A DNA stretch of 64,000 bases, from assembly GCA_016935525.1 (NCBI GenBank), contig JAFGQU010000002.1:98560-162559 (forward strand). Reading direction: 5' to 3'. Positions within the stretch are counted from its first letter, which is position 1. The number at the start of each line of letters is the position of its first letter. This DNA comes from Candidatus Omnitrophota bacterium. GTDB lineage: Bacteria > Omnitrophota > Gorgyraeia > Duberdicusellales > 4484-171. Under the pieces are notes generated by a model, which was given only the letters and a program-made list of their open reading frames with translations, ran no database searches and was not told the origin of the DNA. Of the stretch, positions 45,459 to 57,071 are shown piece after piece. A program made the position numbers and the translations under genes.

Positions 45459-47321
45459 TCAAACGGTTTTTTGTAAAGACCGGACAAGGCCTTCTATCTC
45501 TTCTACCGCCAATAATCCCCGGACGGAATTCCCCACATATATCTTATCGGCACCGACGATGTCCTCTCTATACATGATCTTCTCCTGCGCTTTTCCCTGC
45601 CGCAACAACTCTTCGCGTAATACCCCCGGAAGGACTCCGCAGGAAAGCGGGGGAGTGAAAAGATTCTGATCTTTTTCTATATACACATTGGTCACCGCCC
45701 CTTCGGTAAGCTGACCATAGCGGTTGAAAAACAACACATCAAAAAACCCTTCAGACAGGGCTTTGTTGCGTTCACTATCGTACAAGAGCCGCTCGGTGGT
45801 TTTATGATAAAGAAAACATGAGCCCGGATCGATAATTTTATCACTGATCTTTACTCTTATCGCCGGCGCAATCTCATCGATGATTTCAAAAGTCGAGGTA
45901 ATTTTGCCGGTACGATCTACTTCAACTTTTATCTTATACATAACCCCTTCCTCAAAAAATCTTTTTAGTCTCTTTACATGACGTTTAATTTTATTCTCAT
46001 TATATTCAAACCCAAAATAGGCACAAGATTTTTTAAGACGGGCCAGATGGCCGTCGAGAAGATAACACCCGTTATGCCAACGGATCGTTTCGATAAGCGA
46101 AAAATCAGGCGGTATTTTAAGAAAAAAATCGGCTTTAAGCAACGCTTCTTTAAATTCCTGGGTATCGACCGAATCATAGACGATACCGCCGCCGATACCT
46201 ATCTCACAGTTCTTTTTAAAAGGATCCACTACCAGCGTCCGTATGGCGACGTTAAAACACCCCTGTCCCTGCGGCCCCAGATATCCGATCGCGCCGGTAT
46301 ATATCCCCCGCGCCTCGCGTTCCAGGTCACGGATGAGCTGCATGGTGCGGATCTTAGGCGCGCCGGTAACCGATCCCGACGGAAACAGAGCGGTGAATAT
46401 ATCTTTTAAAGCATACTGCCGGGGAACCCGGGCGCTCACCGTTGAGGTCATCTGGTAGAGAGTCTGATATTTCTCAATAGTAAACAGATCTTCTACCTTT
46501 ACCGTACCTTTTTGAGCGATTTTCCCCAGATCGTTACGGAGAAGGTCAACGATCATAAGATTTTCTGCTTTAATTTTAGTGTCACGTAAAAATTCGTCTT
46601 CGTAACGGACATCCTCCTCGAGATACCGGCCGCGCTGAATAGTCCCTTTCATCGGCCGGGTGATTATCCGCCGTCGATCGGTGCGGAAAAACAGTTCCGG
46701 AGAAAAAGAGAGAAAATCCCTGTCTTCGGTATGGATAAAGGCGCTGTAGGAAGTAGGCTGAGCTTTACGCAAAGACAGATAAAGAGGCACACTCTCGTAA
46801 TCAAAACATTCCGATTTTAATTTAAACGTGTAATTTACCTGATACGTCTCGCCCTGTTCTAAATAATCTTTGATCATCGCGATGCTATCGATATACTCTT
46901 TTTGAGTGATGTTAGGATGAACATCAAAATCGAGCGGATGAGTAAAATCTTCTTTGCTATCGTCCTGCCTCAACGGGTGGGTATACCGGACCGGCCGGCG
47001 GCACACGCCGATCCAGGCCAGAGGATAGCCGAGAAAAATGTCCCGGCAAGGCGCAAGTTTTCTTTCTAAAAAATAACCGAGCTCATAACTGAAAAATCCG
47101 CATATCCAGTATCCTTGACGTAAACGATCTTCTATTTTTTTAAAAAACGTATCGACACAATCGCCGGGATGAAACTTTAGGATATCGACAAAAGAACCGA
47201 AAAAGAACGACCGGGAATTTTCCCGGGAAAAAATTCCGGTCTCCAAAAACACGAACGGTTCTCCCAAGGAAGCATTAAGGATCCGGTTGACCTTTTCCGC
47301 AGGAAATGTTCTTGATCTCAT
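45459..47321 (-). CDS. pabB: Aminodeoxychorismate synthase component I fused to a class IV aminotransferase-like (PabC) domain; start revised to 47321
   Basis: GETYQVN, SPELF, RPMKGT, AENLMIVDLLRNDLG, PSGSVTGAPK and FNVAIRT; C-terminal HKTT, EGAVTN, GVLPGV.R and NSVRG. Confidence 0.92.
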   Translation of the reverse strand: MRSRTFPAEKVNRILNASLGEPFVFLETGIFSRENSRSFFFGSFVDILKFHPGDCVDTFFKKIEDRLRQGYWICGFFSYELGYFLERKLAPCRDIFLGYPLAWIGVCRRPVRYTHPLRQDDSKEDFTHPLDFDVHPNITQKEYIDSIAMIKDYLEQGETYQVNYTFKLKSECFDYESVPLYLSLRKAQPTSYSAFIHTEDRDFLSFSPELFFRTDRRRIITRPMKGTIQRGRYLEEDVRYEDEFLRDTKIKAENLMIVDLLRNDLGKIAQKGTVKVEDLFTIEKYQTLYQMTSTVSARVPRQYALKDIFTALFPSGSVTGAPKIRTMQLIRDLEREARGIYTGAIGYLGPQGQGCFNVAIRTLVVDPFKKNCEIGIGGGIVYDSVDTQEFKEALLKADFFLKIPPDFSLIETIRWHNGCYLLDGHLARLKKSCAYFGFEYNENKIKRHVKRLKRFFEEGVMYKIKVEVDRTGKITSTFEIIDEIAPAIRVKISDKIIDPGSCFLYHKTTERLLYDSERNKALSEGFFDVLFFNRYGQLTEGAVTNVYIEKDQNLFTPPLSCGVLPGVLREELLRQGKAQEKIMYREDIVGADKIYVGNSVRGLLAVEEIEGLVRSLQKTV

Positions 47322-47332
47322 CCAACGCCTTT

Positions 47333-48136
47333 TTAATTCTGACAGACCGGGCAGAAACAAGTCCCCCGGCCGCCTACGGTTTTCTTCACTATTTCGTTTT
47401 GACACCGCCGGCACGGTTCTCCCTGCCGCTGATATACGCAGAGAAACCTCACAAATTCTCCTTGCGCCCCGTCGGGCTGTGTATAAGTATCGGTTGATGT
47501 CCCGCACTTTTTTATCGCTTTTCGTAATATCTTTCTAAGACAACGATACAGATTCCCTAATTCTTCTTTCGTGATCATATGGACATGCCGTTCGGGATGA
47601 ATACCGGCACAGAACAAAGCTTCTTGAGCGTAAATGTTCCCCAATCCCGCGATAAAAAATTGGTCCATCAATAACGGTTTTATCTTCGCCGTTTTCCCTT
47701 CAAACAATCGTATAAACTTTTTCTCTGAAAGCGTAAGCGGCTCCGGCCCCATACGCTCAAGAAACCGGACGGTACCGAGTTGACGTACCAGACGGATCTC
47801 TCCCAAAACCCGGGAATCGCAAAACTGGATAGATCGGCCGTCGGGGAGCCGAAACAATACCCGTACGCAAGGTTGAGGCGACTCATCCAGTATCAACCAG
47901 CCGCTGATCCGTAAATGGATCAAAAGATAATACTCTCCGGATAACCCGCAAATGATCATCTTCCCGCGGCGGGTGACCGAACGGATAGTTTTTCCGCACA
48001 CAACGGTTCTTAGTTTCTTCACGGTGATCTCTTTAATGACCCGCTTATCTTTGACGTCGACTCCGACAATACGTCTACCCGTCACTTCTTGAGAAAGCTG
48101 CCTACAGATGGTTTCTACCTCCGGCAATTCCGGCAT
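47333..48136 (-). CDS. mutM: Formamidopyrimidine-DNA glycosylase
   Basis: MPELPEVE, RRGK, LMDQ..IAGLGNIYA.E and a C-terminal zinc finger CRRC...CPVCQ. Confidence 0.97.
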   Translation of the reverse strand: MPELPEVETICRQLSQEVTGRRIVGVDVKDKRVIKEITVKKLRTVVCGKTIRSVTRRGKMIICGLSGEYYLLIHLRISGWLILDESPQPCVRVLFRLPDGRSIQFCDSRVLGEIRLVRQLGTVRFLERMGPEPLTLSEKKFIRLFEGKTAKIKPLLMDQFFIAGLGNIYAQEALFCAGIHPERHVHMITKEELGNLYRCLRKILRKAIKKCGTSTDTYTQPDGAQGEFVRFLCVYQRQGEPCRRCQNEIVKKTVGGRGTCFCPVCQN

Positions 48137-48153
48137 GGGTTCAGACTCCGTTT

Positions 48154-48552
48154 CTATTCCTTACTCATGATTTCAACATATACTTTCCGCGTGCGCGGCC
48201 CGTCAAATTCGCAGAAATATATACCCTGCCACGTCCCCAGTTGAAGCGTTGAGGTATCGATAATAACCGATACAGAACTGCCTATACATGATGCCTTGAT
48301 ATGGGCATCGGAATTCCCTTCGAGATGGCTGTAATCTTCCCGGAAAGGGATACGGGTATTCAAATACTGGAGTATATCCCGGCATACCGAAGGGTCCGCA
48401 TTTTCATTGATGGTAAGAGCCGCAGTGGTATGAGGACAAAAAATAAAACAGATCCCCGAGGAAACACGCTGTTTTTTGATTATCGTGCTCACCGCAGCGG
48501 TAATATCGATAAACTCTTCTCTTTTTTTTGTTGATAAAGAAAAAATTTCCAT
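48154..48552 (-). CDS. yjbQ: YjbQ / UPF0047 family protein
   Basis: PHTTAALTINENADP, HLEGNSDAHIK and LGTWQGIYFCEFDGPR. Confidence 0.93.
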   Translation of the reverse strand: MEIFSLSTKKREEFIDITAAVSTIIKKQRVSSGICFIFCPHTTAALTINENADPSVCRDILQYLNTRIPFREDYSHLEGNSDAHIKASCIGSSVSVIIDTSTLQLGTWQGIYFCEFDGPRTRKVYVEIMSKE

Positions 48553-48559
48553 TTCGACA

Positions 48560-48799
48560 TCATCTCCTCAACAACCCGGTCAGACCGATAATAAACCGCA
48601 CAAGGAAAATACCGGCTATGGCCGCGAATGCCCAGACTACCCACTTTTTACCGGGCGACAGGCTCCTGCCGCAATAATAACAGCTGACCGCATCAGCCGG
48701 AATCGGGTTTTGACAATGAGGACAGGGTTTCGTACGATTAAAATCGAGTTGTTCGGATTGTTCGGTTACTTCCTGGAATTCAGAATATTCATTGTTCAT
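48560..48799 (-). CDS. Small zinc-ribbon membrane protein
   Basis: CPHC...CYYCG followed by a C-terminal TM helix; start MNNEY assumed. Confidence 0.7.
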   Translation of the reverse strand: MNNEYSEFQEVTEQSEQLDFNRTKPCPHCQNPIPADAVSCYYCGRSLSPGKKWVVWAFAAIAGIFLVRFIIGLTGLLRR

Positions 48800-49316
48800 T
48801 ACGGTCGCCAAAATTCTGATATATACCGTTATATTGTTCGGTCTCGGCTATCGGCAGGAATATCAACTGGATGAGACGCGCATTTTCCTTTAAAGAAATG
48901 CCGTGCTCATTTTCAACTACGAGGATGAATTCGCTTTTGCCTTTAAACCCGGCATCCCACACCCCGTTCTGGGTAAACGCTCCCATCCGCAAAAGTGATG
49001 TCCGGGAAAAAGCTAATGCCGTAAGGGTAGCAGGCATATTCACTTTTTCATTAGTACGCACTTTATATACCCCTTTTTGCAAATACCACCATCCGAACCT
49101 ATCCTGAGGATCTTTTTTTTGCGGAGCAATTTCCTGTCCTTGAGGGACTATTCTTTCCGAATTAGAAAAATCAAGTGACCCGCCTTCGGTCCACACAAAG
49201 ATCTCTCCGGCAGTAAGGTCAAACCCGTTAGGGGTAAGCTGCACATCAAGGTCGACATATCCGGTGATGAGGCCATCTTCCCGGATCAGCTTTTTGATCT
49301 GTTCTTTATTCAGCAT
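48789..49316 (-). CDS. Trimeric dUTPase/dCTP deaminase family protein, archaeal type
   Basis: QLTPNGFDLT, SRTSLLRMG, VWDAGFKG and YNGIYQ. Confidence 0.85.
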   Translation of the reverse strand: MLNKEQIKKLIREDGLITGYVDLDVQLTPNGFDLTAGEIFVWTEGGSLDFSNSERIVPQGQEIAPQKKDPQDRFGWWYLQKGVYKVRTNEKVNMPATLTALAFSRTSLLRMGAFTQNGVWDAGFKGKSEFILVVENEHGISLKENARLIQLIFLPIAETEQYNGIYQNFGDRNEQ

Positions 49317-49319
49317 ATT

Positions 49320-52300
49320 TTATTTTTTGATCTCCCGATGATAATCCTGGATGCTCTTTACCTGTAATTCTTCTTTATGCAACATCTCGATCGCCGTGGC
49401 GGATGCCACCGCGCCGGCAACGGTAGTCACTACCGGGATATTATACAGTACGGCTGCGCTGCGTATAGTCACCTCGTCTTTACGCGGGATCCTTCCCGAA
49501 GGAGTATTGATGATCAGTTGCACATCGCGGTTCTTTATGTAATCCAGGATATTCGGCCGGGTTTCCGCCAATTTAGGCAGTACCGTTACTTTTAATCCTT
49601 CTTCGTTAAGCTTTGCGCTGGTACCTTCAGTACTTAAAATTTCGAACCCTAACTTTTCGAGCCTTTTAGCGATAGCGACTATCGCGGGTTTATCTTTATC
49701 TTTTACCGAAATAAACACTTTACCCTGTTTAGGAAGTAATTGCGAAGCTGCGATCTGACTCTTCAAATAAGCTCGGCCAAAGTCGCTGTCGATCCCCATC
49801 ACCTCACCGGTCGACCGCATTTCCGGCCCCAGAATGATATCGACACCATGAAACCGGTTGAAAGGGAATACCGACTCTTTAATGCAGCGGTACGGCGGGA
49901 TTACCTCTTTTACAAATCCGATTTCTTCCAAGGTCTTACCCGACATCACTTTTGCCGCAAGTTTCGCCAAAGGAACCCCTACTGCCTTGGAAATAAACGG
50001 TACGGTGCGTGAGGCCCGGGGATTCACTTCGATCACATAAAGATTATTATCCTTTACGGCAAACTGGATATTCATCAACCCTACGATATACAACTCCCGG
50101 GCAAGCGCGTAACTTGCCTCTTTGATCTGGTGAAGCATTTCTTCGGAAAGACTGAACGTAGGCAGACACATCGCGCTGTCTCCGGAATGGATCCCAGCCT
50201 CTTCGATATGTTCAAGGATCCCGCCGATCACAAACGCATGGCCATCCCCGATAACGTCTACGTCGACTTCAATCGCATCTTCCAGGAACCGGTCGATCAA
50301 GATCGTCTGGTTCATCGACGAGACCAATGCGTTATGCACGAAACGTTCTAACGATTCTGAGTCATAGACGATTTCCATGGCTCTCCCGCCTAAGACATAA
50401 GACGGCCGGACCAGGACCGGATAGCCCAGTTTGGCGGCAAGGCCGCGCGCATCTTTTATGGTACGGGCAATCGCGCTGGGCGGCTGTTTTAATCCCAATT
50501 TATCAAGCATGGTCCGGAATTTGTCCCGATCTTCGGCCCGGTCGATATGTTTTGCTTTCGTTCCCAGGATATTGACCCCTTCCTGTTCAAGACCTAATGC
50601 CAGATTAAGCGGAGTCTGCCCTCCGAACTGCAGGATAACTCCCCACGGTTTCTCTTTCCGGACAATATTCATCACATCTTCTAACGTGATCGGCTCAAAA
50701 TACAGTTTATCGGAAGTATCATAATCGGTAGACACCGTTTCCGGATTACAATTCACCATGATTACTTCAATATCTTCTTCCCGTAAAGAAAAAGCCGCGT
50801 GCACACAACAATAATCAAATTCAATCCCCTGACCGATACGGTTGGGCCCTCCCCCGAGAATCATGACTTTTCTCTTTTTAGACGGCCTTACTTCGCATTC
50901 CGTTTCGTACGTAGAATAATAGTATGGGGTACGGGCATAAAATTCGGCCGCGCAGGTATCGACAAGTTTATAGGTTGCCTGCACCTTATACTTTTTCCTC
51001 AAATCATTTATCTTTTTCTCTGGTACCGAACGGAGTCCCGCTAGATATTTATCGGAAAATCCGTATTGTTTCGCTTTACCTAACAGATCCGCAGAAAGTT
51101 TTTTAGCGTGGACCAGCGTTTTTTCAAGATCGACGATATCTTTGATATTCTGTAAAAACCAGGCGTCTATTTTGGTCAATTCACATATTTCATCAAGCAT
51201 AAATCCTCCCCGGAAGGCATCGGCGATATAAAACAACCTCTTTTCATTGGGGACGATCAGGTATTCTTTTATTTTATCCCTTGTCTCGGCACTAACCGGA
51301 TACGGTTCCTGCCGAGATAACGATGAATACAACCCGCAGGCACCGATCTCCAGCGCCCGGATCCCTTTTTGAAGCGCTTCCTTAAAAGTCCTCCCGATAG
51401 CCATTACCTCGCCTACCGATTTCATCGAAGTAGTGAGGGTAGGATCAGCTCCGGGAAACTTTTCGAAAGTAAACCGGGGGATTTTTACCACACAATAATC
51501 CAGGGCCGGTTCAAACGATGCCGGCGTTTCCCCGGTAATATCGTTAGGGATCTCATCCAACGTGTAACCGATAGCCAATTTCGCGGCGATCTTGGCAATA
51601 GGAAATCCGGTCGCCTTTGATGCCAGAGCCGACGAACGCGAGACCCGGGGATTCATCTCGATGATCACCATCCGGCCGTCTTTAGGGTTTATTGCAAACT
51701 GGACATTACTCCCACCGGTCTCGACGCCTATCGCGCGCATCGTTTTGATCGTTGCCGTTCTCATTTTCTGGTATTGCACGTCGGTCAATGTCTGCGCCGG
51801 AGCAACCGTAATCGAATCGCCGGTATGAATACCCATGGGATCGAAATTCTCTATAGAACAGATTATTACTACATTATCATTTTTATCCCGCATTACTTCC
51901 AGTTCGAATTCTTTCCACCCCAGAAGGCTTTCCTCGATAAGCACCTCACGGATGAGGCTTAAATCCAATCCCCGCGTCACCAGTTCGCGGAATTCCTCTT
52001 TGTTATACGCGATTCCGCCGCCGGTACCGCCTAAAGTAAACGCCGGACGGATCACACAGGGTAATCCGATATCTTCCAGAATATCTTCGGCTTCCTTAAG
52101 GGTATACACCGTTTTTGAACGCGGCAGTTCGATCCCCGCTTTATGCATGGTCTCTTTAAACAATTCCCGGTCCTCAGCCCGGGCGATCACTTCTTCGCTG
52201 GCGCCGATGAGTTGGACATTATGCTTCTTAAACACTCCTTTTTTTGACGCTTCAAACGCGACGTTTAACGCGGTCTGTCCGCCGAGAGTAGGAAGGCACG

Positions 52301-52553
52301 CCTGAGGTTTTTCCCGAATAATGATCTTTTCAAGTATTTCCACCGTGATCGGTTCGATATACGTGGCATCGGCAAATTCCGGATCGGTCATGATCGTTGC
52401 CGGGTTGGAATTAAGCAGTACGACTTTATATCCTTCCTGTGTAAGCGCTTTACAGGCCTGAGCTCCGGAATAATCAAACTCACAAGCCTGACTGATGATG
52501 ATCGGACCGGCGCCGATAATTAAAATCTTTTCTAGATCATCGCGTTTAGGCAT
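49320..52553 (-). CDS. carB: Carbamoyl-phosphate synthase large subunit
   Basis: [49 protein letters not shown] and GQGIEFDYC; 1077 aa. Confidence 0.99.
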   Translation of the reverse strand: MPKRDDLEKILIIGAGPIIISQACEFDYSGAQACKALTQEGYKVVLLNSNPATIMTDPEFADATYIEPITVEILEKIIIREKPQACLPTLGGQTALNVAFEASKKGVFKKHNVQLIGASEEVIARAEDRELFKETMHKAGIELPRSKTVYTLKEAEDILEDIGLPCVIRPAFTLGGTGGGIAYNKEEFRELVTRGLDLSLIREVLIEESLLGWKEFELEVMRDKNDNVVIICSIENFDPMGIHTGDSITVAPAQTLTDVQYQKMRTATIKTMRAIGVETGGSNVQFAINPKDGRMVIIEMNPRVSRSSALASKATGFPIAKIAAKLAIGYTLDEIPNDITGETPASFEPALDYCVVKIPRFTFEKFPGADPTLTTSMKSVGEVMAIGRTFKEALQKGIRALEIGACGLYSSLSRQEPYPVSAETRDKIKEYLIVPNEKRLFYIADAFRGGFMLDEICELTKIDAWFLQNIKDIVDLEKTLVHAKKLSADLLGKAKQYGFSDKYLAGLRSVPEKKINDLRKKYKVQATYKLVDTCAAEFYARTPYYYSTYETECEVRPSKKRKVMILGGGPNRIGQGIEFDYCCVHAAFSLREEDIEVIMVNCNPETVSTDYDTSDKLYFEPITLEDVMNIVRKEKPWGVILQFGGQTPLNLALGLEQEGVNILGTKAKHIDRAEDRDKFRTMLDKLGLKQPPSAIARTIKDARGLAAKLGYPVLVRPSYVLGGRAMEIVYDSESLERFVHNALVSSMNQTILIDRFLEDAIEVDVDVIGDGHAFVIGGILEHIEEAGIHSGDSAMCLPTFSLSEEMLHQIKEASYALARELYIVGLMNIQFAVKDNNLYVIEVNPRASRTVPFISKAVGVPLAKLAAKVMSGKTLEEIGFVKEVIPPYRCIKESVFPFNRFHGVDIILGPEMRSTGEVMGIDSDFGRAYLKSQIAASQLLPKQGKVFISVKDKDKPAIVAIAKRLEKLGFEILSTEGTSAKLNEEGLKVTVLPKLAETRPNILDYIKNRDVQLIINTPSGRIPRKDEVTIRSAAVLYNIPVVTTVAGAVASATAIEMLHKEELQVKSIQDYHREIKK

Positions 52554-52572
52554 AAATCGTTTTTTTCCTTTC

Positions 52573-53706
52573 TTATCCTAATGAATCCACCATCTTCTTG
52601 AATTTTTCAAAAATATACCGGGCATCAAACGGACCGGGGCCGGCTTCGGGATGGAATTGAACGCTCACAATAGGAAGGGTTTTGTGCCGTAACCCTTCCA
52701 GGGTACGGTCATAAAGATTTACATGGGTAGGGACGAGCTCGTCCTGGGGGAGCGTATATTCCGGAACGATAAAATTGTGATTTTGAGAAGTGATGTCTAT
52801 CTGTCCGGTCGCATGATCTTTCACCGGATGGTTTCCTCCGTGATGACCGAACTTTAACTTCTCGGCCCTGCCTCCGAAAGCCAAACCGATGATCTGATGC
52901 CCCAAACATATCCCCATAAGTCCTACAGATAATTCTTTTCTTCTTAACTTTTCTATTATTTCCCTGGCCAGAGAAATCACATACCGAACCGGTTCGGGAT
53001 CCCCGGGCCCGTTAGAGATCACAACGGCATCCGGCTTCAGTGTAATAAGTTCCGGGAAAGAAATCCGGGCCGGCGCCACGATTACCCGGTTAAATTGTTC
53101 TTTTAAATTCCGTAAAATACTGAACTTGACCCCGCAATCGATAACGACCACGGTCTTTGTTTTTTCCGAAACTTCGCTGGCGCCGCGATATTCTAATCCT
53201 TCGGTCCACTCATACATCTCGGTACAGGTAACGGTCTTGACGAGATCACGGCCGATAATCGAAGGGGAAGCTTTTAGTTTTTCTTTTAATCGTTTCAGTT
53301 TATACTCGCCGGTAGCGATGACCCCTTTCATAGCCCCTTTTTCCCGTAACCGTTTGGTGATCATACGCGTATCGATATTCTCTATACCCACGACCTTGTG
53401 TTCTTTCAGATATTCGTCGAGGCCCTGCTGGGCTTGCCAATTAGATACTATCCTGCTGCGTTCTTTGACGATAAACCCTTCTACCTGAACACACCCGGAT
53501 TCCTTATCGTGCGCGGTTATCCCGTAATTGCCGATAAGCGGATAGGTCATACAGACGATCTGCCCGCGGTAAGACGGGTCGGTAAGGATCTCCTGATACC
53601 CGCTCATCGCCGTATTGAACACGACCTCTCCGATGGTCTCTACCTCTGCTCCGAACGCGGCCCCTTCTACACACAATCCGTCTTCTAAAAGAAGCACTGC
53701 CTTCAT
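52573..53706 (-). CDS. carA: Carbamoyl-phosphate synthase small subunit
   Basis: GEVVFNT.M.GYQE.LTDPSY, SNGPGDP, GICLGHQ and QFHPEA. Confidence 0.98.
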   Translation of the reverse strand: MKAVLLLEDGLCVEGAAFGAEVETIGEVVFNTAMSGYQEILTDPSYRGQIVCMTYPLIGNYGITAHDKESGCVQVEGFIVKERSRIVSNWQAQQGLDEYLKEHKVVGIENIDTRMITKRLREKGAMKGVIATGEYKLKRLKEKLKASPSIIGRDLVKTVTCTEMYEWTEGLEYRGASEVSEKTKTVVVIDCGVKFSILRNLKEQFNRVIVAPARISFPELITLKPDAVVISNGPGDPEPVRYVISLAREIIEKLRRKELSVGLMGICLGHQIIGLAFGGRAEKLKFGHHGGNHPVKDHATGQIDITSQNHNFIVPEYTLPQDELVPTHVNLYDRTLEGLRHKTLPIVSVQFHPEAGPGPFDARYIFEKFKKMVDSLG

Positions 53707-53707
53707 C

Positions 53708-54154
53708 TTAGACTCCTATTCTTTTTCTTATATATTCAATTGCGGCCTGAGGGGTTTTCACCTTAAACACTCCTTTTATATCCCAGGTATCAATACCGAC
53801 AACGGGTTTTTCTTCATTACACCCAAACGCTATTTCCGAAAGGGTTCCGTATTTTCCATCGATAGCGATCAGGGCCAAAGATGCCCGTACGACTAAAATA
53901 TTTCGGGCATATCCGAATCCGGTAGGAATTTTCACGTCGACATACGCATTTGCCGAACGTTCATCATCCGTCGGCAAAATCCCTACGGTAAGCCCTCCGG
54001 CTTCTTTCGCTCCCCGGCAGGCGGCCTCCATTACTCCGCTCCCGCCGCCGCAAACCAGCGTCCACCGTTCTTGGGCAATAAGCGTACCCACGGTATACGC
54101 GGTTTTATACACACTCTTCGAACATTTATATCCACCGATCACTCCGATATTCAT
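53708..54154 (-). CDS. TIGR00725 family (SLOG/LOG-like) protein
   Basis: IGVIGG, CGGGSGVMEA, VGILP, TGFG.ARN and GTLSEI. Confidence 0.9.
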   Translation of the reverse strand: MNIGVIGGYKCSKSVYKTAYTVGTLIAQERWTLVCGGGSGVMEAACRGAKEAGGLTVGILPTDDERSANAYVDVKIPTGFGYARNILVVRASLALIAIDGKYGTLSEIAFGCNEEKPVVGIDTWDIKGVFKVKTPQAAIEYIRKRIGV

Positions 54155-54233
54155 AACCACGTCACGCGTTGCATAGACACATAGTCACACGTATTCAATG
54201 AATTATTTCTCCCTATTTATTTGCCAAAACCAC

Positions 54234-54262
54234 ATGTGTCCTTGTGACATGTGACTTGTGAC
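54234..54262. repeat. Short 7-bp tandem repeat (W)TGTGAC x3-4 downstream of the tRNA
   Basis: a tgtgtcc ttgtgac atgtgac ttgtgac. Confidence 0.5.
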
Positions 54263-54269
54263 CTGAATA

Positions 54270-54341
54270 TGTCCCTGGGCAGAATCGAACTGCCATGCCA
54301 GGCTCCGGAGGCCTGTGCCTTATCCTTTAGGCCACAGGGAC
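54270..54341 (-). tRNA. tRNA-Arg (anticodon CCG), CCA not encoded
   Basis: GTCCCTG acceptor stem paired with CAGGGAC plus discriminator A; anticodon arm CAGGC-CTCCGGA-GCCTG; T arm GGCAG-TTCGATT-CTGCC. Confidence 0.95.
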
Positions 54342-54442
54342 AATATGAATACAGTAGTTTATTATCGGTCCGCCCGTACTCGCGTTGTTCTGCCTCCGGC
54401 AGAATCATCCGTACTCCCGTTTTGAACGGGCGAACGCGCTTG

Positions 54443-55675
54443 TCAAAAGAGAGTCATTTGCGGTTTTTCTGAATCTTTTTCTTTATCAAAAATTTTAATA
54501 GTCCCATATTCGCCGTCAAAACCCGGCAGGATATCAACTTGTCGGGCCCGGACTCTTTTTATGCCTTCGGCGATCTTATAATCGAGATGTGAAGAGAAAT
54601 CCTTTTCGTCCACATTCACCAGAAGATTGAACTCTGAATCGAATTCTCTTACCAGGCCGATATATTCTTTCTCGACGGCCTTGCTTGTACGGCTTACCCC
54701 TTTGGCTTCGGCAATGATCTCATCGAGCGGGATGAGGCTTTTAAAACCGATCGCACCGGGAGGGGCGACCCCTTCTTCCCGGTCAGCCAGTTCGTCCACC
54801 CGATAGAGCACACCGCGAGTCAACGGCCGCTTACAGACCGGACAGATGTTCTTATGTTCTTTGGTCTGGGACGGATGGAACCGTATGTGACAATTACGGT
54901 GCCCGTCATAATGGTATTTCCCTTCTTCGGGAAAAAATTCTATCGTGTATAAAAACTTGTTTTTATCTTTGGTCTTGAGCGCCCTCTTTATCTCCCAATA
55001 ATCCAAGGCGCATTCGAACACATTTGCCTCTCGGCCGATACGTTGAGGAGAATGGGAATCGGAATTCGAGATCAGACTGAACTTATCTAAATGCGACAGG
55101 CGCCAATTCATCGCCGGGTCACTGGACAGGCCCGTTTCCAGCGCGGTGATAAAATCAAGATGCCCCCCAAAAGCGTCCTCCAGAGAATTAAACCCGGAAT
55201 TAGACCCAAACACGCTGAACCATGGCGTCCAGATATGCGCGGGTACCAGCATGATATCTTCGGATATCCGGGCGAGTTCACCGGCTAACGCTTCACAACT
55301 CATCCCCAGTATCGGCCGGCCGTCGCTGGCCAGATTCCCATAGTGGCTGAGGCATTTATTCACCTCATAGGCCAGCGCAAATGAAGGGACCATGATAATA
55401 TTATGTACCCGGTACCCTTTTCCATGTTGAGAAAAAATATTGGACACCTCTCCGGAAAGGATAAAATGAATACCCTGCGAATATAATAATCCTTTATCTT
55501 CCCGCACCTCAAGGTCTTGTTTTAACTCTTGAAGCCAGAGATGGTGAGTAAAATCGCCCGTACCGAGAAGCTGAATACCTTTATAGTGAGCCCATTGAAT
55601 AAGGCCGGGGATATTCATATTCCTGGAAGTAGCCCTTGAGTATTTAGAATGGATATGAAAATCAGCTACAAACAT
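54443..55675 (-). CDS. Endonuclease Q family (PHP domain) DNA repair protein
   Basis: ADFHIHSKYSRATS, GTGDFTH, PAHIWTPWFS, ETGLSSD, SNSDSHS, GKYHYDGH and CPVC. Confidence 0.9.
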   Translation of the reverse strand: MFVADFHIHSKYSRATSRNMNIPGLIQWAHYKGIQLLGTGDFTHHLWLQELKQDLEVREDKGLLYSQGIHFILSGEVSNIFSQHGKGYRVHNIIMVPSFALAYEVNKCLSHYGNLASDGRPILGMSCEALAGELARISEDIMLVPAHIWTPWFSVFGSNSGFNSLEDAFGGHLDFITALETGLSSDPAMNWRLSHLDKFSLISNSDSHSPQRIGREANVFECALDYWEIKRALKTKDKNKFLYTIEFFPEEGKYHYDGHRNCHIRFHPSQTKEHKNICPVCKRPLTRGVLYRVDELADREEGVAPPGAIGFKSLIPLDEIIAEAKGVSRTSKAVEKEYIGLVREFDSEFNLLVNVDEKDFSSHLDYKIAEGIKRVRARQVDILPGFDGEYGTIKIFDKEKDSEKPQMTLF

Positions 55676-55793
55676 GGTTCCGATACGGTTGCGTTGACGG
55701 ATTACGCTCTAGGCGTCCTGTTAAATCTTCTTATTATACTGCAATATTTCTTTATTGCCATGGGAAATCGCTATCCCTTCATATACCTGCCGT

Positions 55794-57071
55794 TCATCCG
55801 GCACGATAGACGACTTTACCCTGATGGATCGTACAGACCACTTTGGCCTGCACTTCCCGGCCCAGGAAAGGAGAGTTCTTTGATTTAGAGACTATATCGG
55901 TCCGTTCGATCTTCTCCGGACAATCAAGATCGACAATGACCATATCCGCGGTATTTTCTGGACGGATATACCCTTTATCGGAAAACCCGGCTATCCGGGC
56001 CGGATTGTACGACATCTTTTCGACAAGTTGCCCAAGAGTCAGCACTTTCTTTTTCACCAGACCGGTATACGATAACGCAAATGCCCATTCCAGGCCGATA
56101 AATCCGCAGGGAGCTTCTTCGAAAGGAAGATTTTTCTCTTCTTCGGAATGAGGAGCATGATCGGTAGCGATACAATCGATCACTCCTTCGGCAAGCGCGC
56201 GCGTGAGGGCAGCGCGGTCTTCATGAGATCCCAGCGGAGGATTTACTTTCCAATTTCCGTGAAAATTATTGGCCTCGACATCGTGATCGGTAAGGATCAT
56301 ATAGTGGGGAGCGGTCTCACAGGTCACGTTTACTCCTTGCGCTTTCGCTGCCCGGATGATTTCCACGCTTCTTTGCGTACTGATATGGGCAATATGGATC
56401 CGGGCGTTGAGATACCGGGTGAGTTCAATATCACGAAACACCATTATAGCTTCACTGGCACACGGTATTCCCCGAATACCGTATTTTGAAGATATTGCTC
56501 CTTCTCTCATGACCCCTCCGGCCGAAAGAGTCTTGTCTTCGCAATGAGAAATGATCAAAAGACCGAACATTTTGGCATACTCTATTGCCCGGCGCATGAG
56601 CGAAGAATTCTTCAAAGAATCCCCGTCATCGCTTAGGCTGAGACATCCGGCTTTTTTAAGCCCGCCGAATTCGGTCAATTCTTTACCTTGCCGGCCTTTA
56701 CTGATCGCGCCTACCGGATAGATATCGACAAGACCTATACTCCGGGCCTGCTCGGTGATCCATTGCGCAAGCCCTTCATTATCTAATGCCGGAGTAGTAT
56801 TGGGCATACAGAAAATCGTAGTAAACCCGCCTTTGGCGGCAGCCCGGCTCCCACTGTAGAGGTCTTCGGTATCTTCCCGGCCCGGACTGCGCAGGTGGGT
56901 ATGCAGGTCGATAAAACCGGGCAACACATATTTACCCTGAGCATCGATCTCTTTATCGACTTTTTCTCTTACCTCACCTACCGTTTCAATACGGTTATTA
57001 TGGATAAGAATATCTCCTCTTATCTTTTTGTCATGGTTTACAATATGAGCGTTCCTAATCGCTAATTTCAT
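55794..57071 (-). CDS. pyrC: Dihydroorotase (start revised to MKLAIR at 57071)
   Basis: PGFIDLHTHLR.PG, GGFTT...MPNT, HCED, HIAHIS, KVNPPL and ATDHAPH. Confidence 0.96.
   Translation of the reverse strand: MKLAIRNAHIVNHDKKIRGDILIHNNRIETVGEVREKVDKEIDAQGKYVLPGFIDLHTHLRSPGREDTEDLYSGSRAAAKGGFTTIFCMPNTTPALDNEGLAQWITEQARSIGLVDIYPVGAISKGRQGKELTEFGGLKKAGCLSLSDDGDSLKNSSLMRRAIEYAKMFGLLIISHCEDKTLSAGGVMREGAISSKYGIRGIPCASEAIMVFRDIELTRYLNARIHIAHISTQRSVEIIRAAKAQGVNVTCETAPHYMILTDHDVEANNFHGNWKVNPPLGSHEDRAALTRALAEGVIDCIATDHAPHSEEEKNLPFEEAPCGFIGLEWAFALSYTGLVKKKVLTLGQLVEKMSYNPARIAGFSDKGYIRPENTADMVIVDLDCPEKIERTDIVSKSKNSPFLGREVQAKVVCTIHQGKVVYRAG

Noticed and set aside
47322-47507. Long N-terminal extensions given by the ORF track (pabB, and likewise the U32s, pyrC, rlmD, WecA, M20, GATase and deacetylase)
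   Set aside because: The extensions overlap upstream genes or promoters; downstream ATGs match family N-termini and often give ATGA-type coupling
54217-54472. ORFs 54217-54408 (-) and 54251-54472 (+); the tRNA as an island attachment site
   Set aside because: The ORFs overlap tRNA-Arg and are spurious; no integrase or duplicated tRNA 3' end was seen
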